Source of the DNA: an uncultured Clostridia bacterium
GTDB taxonomy: Bacteria > Bacillota > Clostridia > Christensenellales > Aristaeellaceae
Length of the DNA: 64,000 bases
NCBI GenBank assembly: GCA_946627565.1
Contig: CAMOVR010000002.1
Coordinates: forward strand, 16,854 to 80,853
Reading direction: 5' to 3'
Numbering within the stretch: position 1 is the first letter of the stretch; every line of letters begins with the position of its first letter. A model generated the notes under the pieces. The model saw only the letters and a list, made by a program, of their open reading frames with translations. It ran no database searches and had not been told where the DNA came from. A program made the position numbers and the translations under genes. Positions 54,119-62,110 of this stretch are shown in pieces.

Positions 54119-55057
54119 ATGGACGTTTTTCCTCTGATCTCATCGAAGATGATCTACTTTTTCCTTCTCATGATGCTGGGATTTGTGCTGGGGAAAACCC
54201 GCCTCATAACAAGGGAGAGCCTGCCGGTCTTTTCCCATCTCATTGTCCGGATTCTGCTGCCCGCTCTGCAGATCTCCCTGATTTTCCGCAACGGCACCAC
54301 CTTTGCGTCCTTTGCGGAAAAAGGTGCCTTTGTGCTTATGCAGGCCGGGGTCTATGTGCTTCTGACCCTGGCGGGTGCTGCGGGGGCGTGGATGCTGCGC
54401 ATGCGTTTCCCGCAGCGCAACTCTTTCCGGGGCGGCATGATCGGGGGCAATGTGGGCTTCCTGCTGGTGCCCCTGCTTCTGTCCGTGTTCCCGGGGGGTG
54501 AGGGACAGGCGTACATCCCCATTCTGGTGGCACTTGACGTGCTGTTTGTGTGGACCGTGGGATTGTATTTTTACACGGAAGGGGCAGGCGGGATGGAAGG
54601 AAAGGCCTTCCTGAAACGGCTTTTCGGCCCCATGCTCACCGGCATCCTCATCGCCCTGGCCCTGACCACCCTGAAGGTGCCACTCCCCGCTGTCCTCCTG
54701 GATGCGGTGGACGCCGTGGGCAGCACGTCCGGGACCCTGGGCCTCATCATCCTGGGCGTCAACATCTGTTACATGGACAGACATCTGTCCGGGAACCTGA
54801 AACCCATGCTGGTCTTTGTTTTCATCCGCCAGCTGCTGCTTCCTGTGGTCATTTACCTCTGTGTCAGAAACTTTGCCACCGGCATGGAGAGCATCCTGCT
54901 CATGCTCATCAGCGCCATTCCCACCATGACCACCACCAGTCTTCTGGCCATAGAATACAGGACGGATGTGAACTTCGCCTCCGGTCTGGTGTTCCTGTCC
55001 ACCACAGCATCCATACTGACCATCCCACTGGTGTCCCTGCTGGTATCTGTGCTGTAG
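54119..55057 (+). CDS. AEC-family (auxin-efflux-carrier-like) transporter
   Basis: About 312 aa with 10 TM helices. ATG at 54119 after GGAGGG (alternatives 54083 and 54107). N-terminus MDVFPLISSKMIYFFLLMMLGFVLGK. Confidence 0.8.
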   Translation: MDVFPLISSKMIYFFLLMMLGFVLGKTRLITRESLPVFSHLIVRILLPALQISLIFRNGTTFASFAEKGAFVLMQAGVYVLLTLAGAAGAWMLRMRFPQRNSFRGGMIGGNVGFLLVPLLLSVFPGGEGQAYIPILVALDVLFVWTVGLYFYTEGAGGMEGKAFLKRLFGPMLTGILIALALTTLKVPLPAVLLDAVDAVGSTSGTLGLIILGVNICYMDRHLSGNLKPMLVFVFIRQLLLPVVIYLCVRNFATGMESILLMLISAIPTMTTTSLLAIEYRTDVNFASGLVFLSTTASILTIPLVSLLVSVL

Positions 55058-55118
55058 CAGATGCAAAGGGGATAAGGGAAGAAAAGGAATAAGCCGAAAC
55101 AAACAGGAGGAATAAGCC

Positions 55119-56720
55119 ATGCGGGAATTGCAGAGGCAGGATTACCGTGTTTTTCTGGTGTCATCCCTTGACCATGTCATGCCGGATCAGGAGCCCAGGG
55201 CTCTTCAGGAAACGTGTCTGTACGCTGCCTGCGGGGAATGGGTTCATCTGCAGGTGGCATGCAGGACGGAGATCCCTCTTCAGCTGACGATGGGCTTCAG
55301 AGGGGACATCCGCACATATCGTGTGGAGCGTGTGCCCTGCAGGCGCCCGTGCAATGAAAGGCGGGATGAGGACTACCTGTTCACGGAGCCCGGCATGTAT
55401 CCGGACCGTCTGGTGGAACTGGAACATCCCGGTTTTTCCCCGTCCCCGGACTGGCAGAGCATATTTGTGAGCATAAGGCCATGGGAAACGGGGGAAACAG
55501 AGCTGGAGATCGCCTGCGGGGACGATGCACTTTCCCTTACGGTTCGCACCCTTCCGGAAATGGTTCCCCTGAGGCTTCATCATACGGAGTGGTTCCATGC
55601 GGACTGCCTGGCGGATTATTACAATGTGCCTGTCTTTTCAGAAGAACACTGGAAGATCCTGGAAAACTTTATCCGCGCTGCGGCCGAACACGGCGTGAAC
55701 ATGCTGTACACCCCGCTTTTTACGCCGCCCCTGGATACCGGGGAGGGCGGGGAAAGAACCACGGTGCAGCTGGTCAGGGTATCCTGCAGGGACGGCTACA
55801 CCTTTGACTACACGCTTCTGGACCGCTGGATCCGTCTGGCACAGCGGTGCGGGATCCGGGAGATCGAATGCTCCCATCTCTTCACCCAGTGGGGGGCAAA
55901 ATATGCCCCCAAGATCATGGCAGTCAATAAAGAGGGCGAAGAGGTGCGCATCTTTGGCTGGGATACCCCGGGCACAGGGGAAGACTATCTTGCCTTCCTC
56001 CGGGTCTTCCTGCCGTCTCTCAGGGAGCACCTTGAGGGGCTTGGCGTCCTTGAACACACCTGGTTCCATATCTCGGACGAACCGGGGCTTCAGGACCTTC
56101 CCCAGTATGCAAGGGCAGTTGAGGTGGTACGGGAATACCTTCAGGGCTGCCGCATGCTGGATGCCCTGTCCCACATCGAATTCTGGCGGGAAGGGCTGGT
56201 GCAGACCCCGGTGTGCGCCATTGACCAGATCGAACCCTTCCTTGAGGCAGGGGTGAAGCCCCTTTTCGGTTACTACTGCACCGCCCAGTGTGAAAAGGTG
56301 CCCAACCGGTTTATCGCCATGCCGCAAAGGCGGCACAGGATCATGGGGGTGCTGCTGTACAGAGCAGGGCTGCAGGGCTTCCTGCAATGGGGCTTTAATT
56401 TCTACAATTCCCAGTATTCCGTCCGTCATCTGGATCCGCATGAATCCACCGATGCGGACGGCGCATTCCCATCCGGGGATCCCTTCCTGGTCTATCCGGA
56501 AGAAGGCGGGGTGCCGGGGGAGTCACTTCGCGGCATGATCTCGAAGGAAGCCGTGCTGGACTACCGGATGCTTTGCACCCTTGAGGACAGGATTGGCCGC
56601 CCGGCTGTGGAGCAGCTTCTGGACAGGCTTTTTCCCGGCATGTCCTTTACCAGCTACCCCAGGGACACAGCCTTTTTCCATATTCTCTGGGATGAGGCCG
56701 GACGCCTTATGGGGTCCTGA
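55119..56720 (+). CDS. DUF4091-domain protein (glycoside-hydrolase-like TIM barrel)
   Basis: 533 aa with AGGAGG 8 nt upstream. The pattern HTEWFHADCLADYY..HGVNMLYTPLFTPPLD.. recalls DUF4091 family members; this is from memory and unverified. Confidence 0.5.
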   Translation: MRELQRQDYRVFLVSSLDHVMPDQEPRALQETCLYAACGEWVHLQVACRTEIPLQLTMGFRGDIRTYRVERVPCRRPCNERRDEDYLFTEPGMYPDRLVELEHPGFSPSPDWQSIFVSIRPWETGETELEIACGDDALSLTVRTLPEMVPLRLHHTEWFHADCLADYYNVPVFSEEHWKILENFIRAAAEHGVNMLYTPLFTPPLDTGEGGERTTVQLVRVSCRDGYTFDYTLLDRWIRLAQRCGIREIECSHLFTQWGAKYAPKIMAVNKEGEEVRIFGWDTPGTGEDYLAFLRVFLPSLREHLEGLGVLEHTWFHISDEPGLQDLPQYARAVEVVREYLQGCRMLDALSHIEFWREGLVQTPVCAIDQIEPFLEAGVKPLFGYYCTAQCEKVPNRFIAMPQRRHRIMGVLLYRAGLQGFLQWGFNFYNSQYSVRHLDPHESTDADGAFPSGDPFLVYPEEGGVPGESLRGMISKEAVLDYRMLCTLEDRIGRPAVEQLLDRLFPGMSFTSYPRDTAFFHILWDEAGRLMGS

Positions 56721-56761
56721 CAGCCCGCCTGAGACAGGGCTTCAGATCCGGTTCATATCAA

Positions 56762-56800
56762 AAAGCCTCCCACAGGTTGTGGGAGGCTTTTGGTTTTTGA
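56762..56800. terminator. bidirectional intrinsic terminator (operon end / hydratase gene)
   Basis: aaaagcctcccaca-ggtt-tgtgggaggctttt followed by GGTTTTTG. Confidence 0.8.
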
Positions 56801-56825
56801 GATAATCCGACGCTTTCCCCGGGTG

Positions 56826-59111
56826 TTACAGACCTTTTCTTTCCCGGTTATAGTTGATCAGGCAGCCGGCCTTGACGATGCGCTTTTCATCATCCGTCAT
56901 CTCGGTGATATACAGGTGCAGGGGCTCTGCTTTTCCGTTCCGGATCAGCCAGGCAGGGATATCCTTCATATCCCCGTCCAGGGCGGAGCGAATGCCGGGG
57001 ACAAAGATGCAGTCGCCCACATCGAAATCCGGGTCCCCTTCCATCTGGAAGGGAATCATGCCCCAGTTGATCACGTTGGAACGGTAACGCTTGGTGGCAT
57101 ATTCCCTGGTGATATTGGCAAGGCCCCCGATGACCCTCTGGCAGGAGGCAGCCTGTTCCCGGGCGGACCCGTCGCCGGGTTTGATGGCGTAGATCATGGA
57201 ACCGATTTCCGTTGCCATGGGATCCACGTTTTCCATGCCGTCAATGGCATGGATGGCATCGTAGACTTCCTTCAGGGAAGCATCCAACCCACAGGGATCC
57301 TCACCCTTTGCCCTGGCCTTTTCCAGGACGTCCACTGCCTTGGAAAGCCCCACATAGGCCGGATCCCGGCGGCTGAGGGTGAATTCAGCCAGTCCCAGGG
57401 GGTTGGAGCGGTAGGAAGAGGTTTCCCCGGAGGGAATCAGCTCGTCCGTGGTGGTGACCGGGTCCAGAATCCTGGAGCATACCCTGAGCAGAATGTTATC
57501 CGTCAGGCGGCTCATCTTCGGCCAGTCCTTGATGTTGGGCCCCAGAACAAGCTCTCCGCTGCCGGGCTTGCCAAAGCCATTGTACACCCTCTTTTCGTAG
57601 ATGCCGGGATCAAAGGTGTATTCAGGCACATCGCCCCATGTGTCAAAGGCAGCTGCGGAAGTCAGCACGCCATGGCAGGCTGCGGTGGCGGCAATGGAAC
57701 GGGCGTCCATGAGGGCGACGGCTGCCATCTGGGCATTGCCGGGCTTGGAACCCTCCCGGTTGGGGAAGTTGCGGGTGGAGTGACGGACGGAAAGGGCATT
57801 GTTGGCGGGGGTGTCGCCGGCACCGAAGCAGGGTCCGCAGAAAGCCGTGCGGATAATGGCGCCGCTCTCCATGAGGGAGGCGATATAGCCCTGCCGGGTC
57901 AGGTTCATGAGCACAGGCTGAGAGGAGGGATAGATGGACAGGCTGAAGGAGCCGTTCCCACAGTCCCTGCCCCTGAGCAGATTGGCAGCCTCCACCACAT
58001 TGGAATAGTTGCCGCCGGCACAGCCTGCAATGATGCCCTGCTGTACCCGGAGATGGCCGTTTTCGATCTTGTCCAGCAGCGTAAAGGGTGCCCTTCCGCC
58101 GGATACCTTTGCAGCTTCCTTTTCCACGGAGGAGAGAATATCGGAAAGATTGGCGTTGAGTTCGTCAATCTCATAGACATTGGAGGGATGGAAGGGAAGG
58201 GCAATCATGGGCTTGATGGTGGACAGGTCCACATACACGCAGGCATCATAATAGGCCACATCCGCCGGACGCAGCGGGCGGTAATCCTCTTCGCGGCCAT
58301 GGGCCCTGAGGAAGGACTTTGTCTCATCATCCGTGCACCAGATGGAGGAAAGGCAGGTGGTCTCCGTGGTCATGACATCGATGCCGTTGCGGTAGTCCGT
58401 GGTCATTTCTTTAATGCCGGGGCCCACGAATTCCATGACCTTGTTCTTGACAAATCCGGATTTGAACACAGCCCCGATGATGGCTAGGGCGATGTCCTGC
58501 GGGCCAACATACGGTGCGGGCTTTCCGTCGAGATAGACTGCCACAACACCGGGATAGGCCACATCATAGGTGTCTTCCAGAAGCTGCTTGACCAGCTCGC
58601 CCCCGCCCTCGCCAATGGCCATGGTGCCCAGGGCGCCGTAGCGGGTATGGGAGTCGGAACCCAGGATCATCTTCCCGCATCCGGCGTGCATTTCCCGCAT
58701 GTACTGATGAATGACGGCAATATGCGGAGGAACAAAGATGCCGCCGTATTTCCGGGCAGCGGAGAGACCGAAGATATGATCGTCCTCATTGATGGTGCCG
58801 CCCACGGCACACAAGGTGTTATGACAGTTGGTGAGCACGTAGGGCATGGGGAAATGGTCCATGCCGGAAGCCCTGGCTGTCTGAATGATTCCCACGAAGG
58901 TGATATCGTGGGAAGCCATGGCATCAAAGCGGAGACGAAGGTGCTCCATGTCTTCGGAGCGGTTGTGTGCCTTGAGGATGCCGTAGGCGATGGTGCCCTT
59001 CCGGGCTTCCTCCCGGTTTACGGGGCTGCCGGGGATCCGGGCGCTTTCCGCTTCCGGGACCAGTTCGGTGCCTCCGACAAGATACATGCCGCTGTCATAC
59101 AGCTTGATCAT
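56826..59111 (-). CDS. aconitase-family hydratase (catalytic and swivel domains fused)
   Basis: 761 aa. [23 protein letters not shown] and FCGPCFGAG provide Fe-S ligand contexts, and there is a C-terminal swivel domain. AAGGAG RBS. Substrate not assignable. Confidence 0.8.
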   Translation of the reverse strand: MIKLYDSGMYLVGGTELVPEAESARIPGSPVNREEARKGTIAYGILKAHNRSEDMEHLRLRFDAMASHDITFVGIIQTARASGMDHFPMPYVLTNCHNTLCAVGGTINEDDHIFGLSAARKYGGIFVPPHIAVIHQYMREMHAGCGKMILGSDSHTRYGALGTMAIGEGGGELVKQLLEDTYDVAYPGVVAVYLDGKPAPYVGPQDIALAIIGAVFKSGFVKNKVMEFVGPGIKEMTTDYRNGIDVMTTETTCLSSIWCTDDETKSFLRAHGREEDYRPLRPADVAYYDACVYVDLSTIKPMIALPFHPSNVYEIDELNANLSDILSSVEKEAAKVSGGRAPFTLLDKIENGHLRVQQGIIAGCAGGNYSNVVEAANLLRGRDCGNGSFSLSIYPSSQPVLMNLTRQGYIASLMESGAIIRTAFCGPCFGAGDTPANNALSVRHSTRNFPNREGSKPGNAQMAAVALMDARSIAATAACHGVLTSAAAFDTWGDVPEYTFDPGIYEKRVYNGFGKPGSGELVLGPNIKDWPKMSRLTDNILLRVCSRILDPVTTTDELIPSGETSSYRSNPLGLAEFTLSRRDPAYVGLSKAVDVLEKARAKGEDPCGLDASLKEVYDAIHAIDGMENVDPMATEIGSMIYAIKPGDGSAREQAASCQRVIGGLANITREYATKRYRSNVINWGMIPFQMEGDPDFDVGDCIFVPGIRSALDGDMKDIPAWLIRNGKAEPLHLYITEMTDDEKRIVKAGCLINYNRERKGL

Positions 59112-59426
59112 ATGGTTTTCTCTCCTTCTGAAAAGGGTCAGCGCAAAAGGCTGAAATACATGAACGATGCGGATTTAAGGTGAGACAGGTGCCGGAGATT
59201 TGGCTGCTTCAGGGCTCCGGAATGTCCAAGCCCATGCCGGCTTATGCGCATCCGGAATACAGGTGCTGGGCGGGGTATGCTTGCTTTGCATCCCGGACAC
59301 CTGCTATGCATTCTACAACAGCATGGTCCTGCCTGTCAAAACGGGAAAGAGGGCAAAAAAACAGGGCCAAATAACAGGAAAAAAAGAAGGAAAAGCAGAG
59401 GCAGACAGGGATGAAAGAACGAAAAG

Positions 59427-59454
59427 TTGCGGGAATACGGGCATGGTGTATAAT
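59427..59454 (+). promoter_or_regulatory. sigma-A-type promoter for the second MATE gene
   Basis: TTGCGG - 16 nt - TATAAT with TG immediately upstream, about 55 nt before the TTG at 59512. Confidence 0.5.
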
Positions 59455-59511
59455 ACCCCGGTGCCCGGATGGGCAGATATCATTTCAGTCTTTTCCAGGA
59501 GGAAGACAAAA

Positions 59512-60912
59512 TTGAGTCATCAGCCGTCGGAACGTTCCCGCATGCTCGGAAGCATGCCCATGACAAAACTTGTTCCCACCATCTCGGTGCCCATCATGGT
59601 CAGCATGCTGATCCAGGCACTGTACAATGTGGTGGACAGTATCTTTATTGCCCGCTTTGACTCCCGGGCCCTGACAGCCGTTTCCCTGGCCATGCCGGTG
59701 CAGATGCTCATCGTGGCCGTCAGCGTCGGTCTTGGTACAGGCATGAACAGCCTGATCTCCCGCAGGCTCGGTGAGAAGCGTCCGGACGAGGCCCGGTCAG
59801 CGGCATGGAACGGCCTGTTCCTTTCCCTCTGCGGCTTCCTGCTGTTTCTGATTTTCGGCCTTTTTCTGACCCGGCCTGTGATTGACCTTCTTTCAGAAGG
59901 CCTCAGCGCGGATGTCATTGACGCGGTCCGTGAACACGGCTATCAGTATCTGGGCACAGTGACCACCTTCAGTTTCGGTGTTTTCATGGCGGTGCTCTTT
60001 GAAAGGATGATGCAGTCCACCGGAAATACCGTCCTTTCCATGACAACGCAGATGAGCGGTGCACTGACCAACATTGTGCTGGATCCCATCATGATTTTCG
60101 GCCTTCTCGGGTTTCCAAGGCTGGGAGCCCTTGGCGCTGCGGTGGCCACAGTCATCGGCCAGTGGGTCAGCATGACGGTGGGCTTTCTCCTCAACCAGAA
60201 AAAGAACACGGAGCTGCGGCTTGATGTAAAGGAGTTTGCCATCCGTTCCCGGTGCATCCGGGACATTCTCAGTGTGGGCCTGCCCAGCATGGTGATGCAG
60301 GCAATAGGTTCCCTGATGAACATCATGCTCAACATGATCCTGGTGGCCTATGGGGCTGTTGCCGTAAATGTCCTGGGTGTCTATTTCAAGCTTCAGTCCT
60401 TTGTCTTCATGCCTGTATTTGGCCTGAGCAGCGGCATGGTGGCCATCGTGGGTTACAATTACGGTGCCCGGCAGCGCAGCCGGGTCTACAGCGGCATCCG
60501 GGTGAGCCTCACCTATGCCGCGGCCATTCTCGGGGTTGGCATGGCTGCCTTCCTCCTCTTCCCGGAAGCGCTGCTGTCCCTCTTTGAACAGGAGGGCGGG
60601 GACGCGGCCTTGACGGCCATGGGCGTTCCGGCCCTGCGGACCATCTGCTGGTGCTTCCTGCCGGCAGCCGTGGGCATCACGCTGTCCACTGTCTTCCAGG
60701 CTGTGGGCAAAGGCATGTATTCCCTGATCATTTCCCTCTGCCGGCAGCTGGTGCTGCTGGTTCCCAGCGCCTGGCTTCTCAGTACGCTGACCCATGACGT
60801 GGGCGCCGTGTGGTGGAGCTTTGTCATTGCGGAGTCGATGTCCCTCCTGATCTGTCTTCTGTTTTTCAGAAGAGTGGACAGGACCATGCTCAGACCGCTT
60901 GGAGATGCATAA
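59512..60912 (+). CDS. MATE-family efflux transporter
   Basis: 12 TM helices. VPTISVPIMVSMLIQALYNVVDSIFIARF signature. The start is proposed at TTG 59512, 9 nt after AGGAGG. The first ATG (59542) has no RBS, and the ORF track start (59200) lies upstream of the promoter. Confidence 0.85.
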   Translation: MSHQPSERSRMLGSMPMTKLVPTISVPIMVSMLIQALYNVVDSIFIARFDSRALTAVSLAMPVQMLIVAVSVGLGTGMNSLISRRLGEKRPDEARSAAWNGLFLSLCGFLLFLIFGLFLTRPVIDLLSEGLSADVIDAVREHGYQYLGTVTTFSFGVFMAVLFERMMQSTGNTVLSMTTQMSGALTNIVLDPIMIFGLLGFPRLGALGAAVATVIGQWVSMTVGFLLNQKKNTELRLDVKEFAIRSRCIRDILSVGLPSMVMQAIGSLMNIMLNMILVAYGAVAVNVLGVYFKLQSFVFMPVFGLSSGMVAIVGYNYGARQRSRVYSGIRVSLTYAAAILGVGMAAFLLFPEALLSLFEQEGGDAALTAMGVPALRTICWCFLPAAVGITLSTVFQAVGKGMYSLIISLCRQLVLLVPSAWLLSTLTHDVGAVWWSFVIAESMSLLICLLFFRRVDRTMLRPLGDA

Positions 60913-60913
60913 C

Positions 60914-60942
60914 AAAAAGGGCCGCCGGCCCTTTTTGTTTTT
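60914..60942. terminator. bidirectional intrinsic terminator (MATE / sugar kinase)
   Basis: aaaaagggccg/cggcccttttt followed by GTTTTTG. Confidence 0.8.
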
Positions 60943-60952
60943 GCTGATTGTT

Positions 60953-62044
60953 TTACCGTTTGATATCGTAGCTCATGTTCATGAGGTTCCGGATGGTGTC
61001 CGCCTGGTCAATGATGTTGGCATCCCCGTGGATGGTATGCTTCAGGGCCGAGGAAGCTACGGCGAAATTGATCATGTCCATGGGCTTGTAGTGGTTCATC
61101 ATGGCGTAGATCAGGCCGCTGGCAAAGGCGTCGCCGCCGCCCACACGGTCCAGGATATGGAAGGTGAACAGCTTGCTCTCAAAGGTATGCCCTTCATAGT
61201 ACATATAGGCCTTCAGGCTGTTTTCCGAGCCGGAATGCGCATAGCGGACATGCCTTGCAATACAGGTCAGATTGGGATAGCGCTCAATGAAAGCCTGGAA
61301 AACTTCATCCTGCTCCTCATAGCTGGGCTGCAGGGGCACGCCGTCCTTCCAGTCTCCCTTGCTGTGATCCGCTTCATCCCGCCAGAGATGGTAGGGTTCA
61401 ATGCCAAAGAGAATATTGACATAGGGCAGACACTGGGTGCAGAAGTCCCGGGCCTCCTCCCAGGTCCACAGGGAGGAACGGAAATTGCCGTCGAAGCTTA
61501 CGGTAATATTCTTCTCTTTCGCCACCCGGAGCATGTCCAGAATGACGGTGCGCAGGTTGCCGGACAGAGCCGGGGTGATACCGCTCAGGTGCAGCCAGGT
61601 GAACCCGTCCAGCAGCCTGTCCAGATCCACGCCGGAGAAATCGTATTCAGAGATGGCGCTGTGCTTTCTGTCGTAGGTGACCTGGCTGGGGCGGATGCCG
61701 AAACCGGTTTCCAGATAGTAGGAACCCAGACGGTGGGTGGGGGTTTCCTGGGGCGTGGTCAGGATCATGGGCGTGCAGTGCACATCGTTGGAACGCAGCC
61801 AGCGGATGGCGCTTTTCCCCAGGGAATTGTTGGGGACAACGGAGAAGAAGGTGGCATCCATGCCCAGGTTGGCAAGGGCCATGGCAATGTTGGCTTCGCT
61901 GCCGCCATAGGATGCCTCAAAGGATGTGGCCATACGGATCTTCTCATAGTTGGGCGGTGTCAGCCGCAGCATGATTTCGCCCATGGTGATAAAACGGTTG
62001 GAAGCGTCAACTTCACGCTGCAGTGGATTGGAATGGACCATCAT
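60953..62044 (-). CDS. PfkB-family sugar kinase (2-dehydro-3-deoxygluconokinase-like)
   Basis: 363 aa. ITMGEIMLRLTPP.., GGSEANIAMALANLG.., and the C-terminal DRVGGGDAFASGLIY anion-hole/catalytic Asp motif. Confidence 0.85.
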   Translation of the reverse strand: MMVHSNPLQREVDASNRFITMGEIMLRLTPPNYEKIRMATSFEASYGGSEANIAMALANLGMDATFFSVVPNNSLGKSAIRWLRSNDVHCTPMILTTPQETPTHRLGSYYLETGFGIRPSQVTYDRKHSAISEYDFSGVDLDRLLDGFTWLHLSGITPALSGNLRTVILDMLRVAKEKNITVSFDGNFRSSLWTWEEARDFCTQCLPYVNILFGIEPYHLWRDEADHSKGDWKDGVPLQPSYEEQDEVFQAFIERYPNLTCIARHVRYAHSGSENSLKAYMYYEGHTFESKLFTFHILDRVGGGDAFASGLIYAMMNHYKPMDMINFAVASSALKHTIHGDANIIDQADTIRNLMNMSYDIKR

Positions 62045-62110
62045 ATCCCTCCTGGCTGGTTAATGTACAGTATCGTTATCAATTCGCCGCTGTGCACGGA
62101 AATCCTTTTC

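Noticed and set aside
56790-58487. 565-aa plus-strand ORF
   Set aside because: It is antisense to the aconitase-family gene. It is Gly/His/Ala/Val-rich with no recognisable domain.
59200-59511. Upstream extension of the second MATE ORF (start at 59200)
   Set aside because: It covers the purine-rich intergenic tract and the predicted TTGCGG-16-TATAAT promoter. AGGAGG precedes the TTG at 59512, which gives a normal-length MATE N-terminus.
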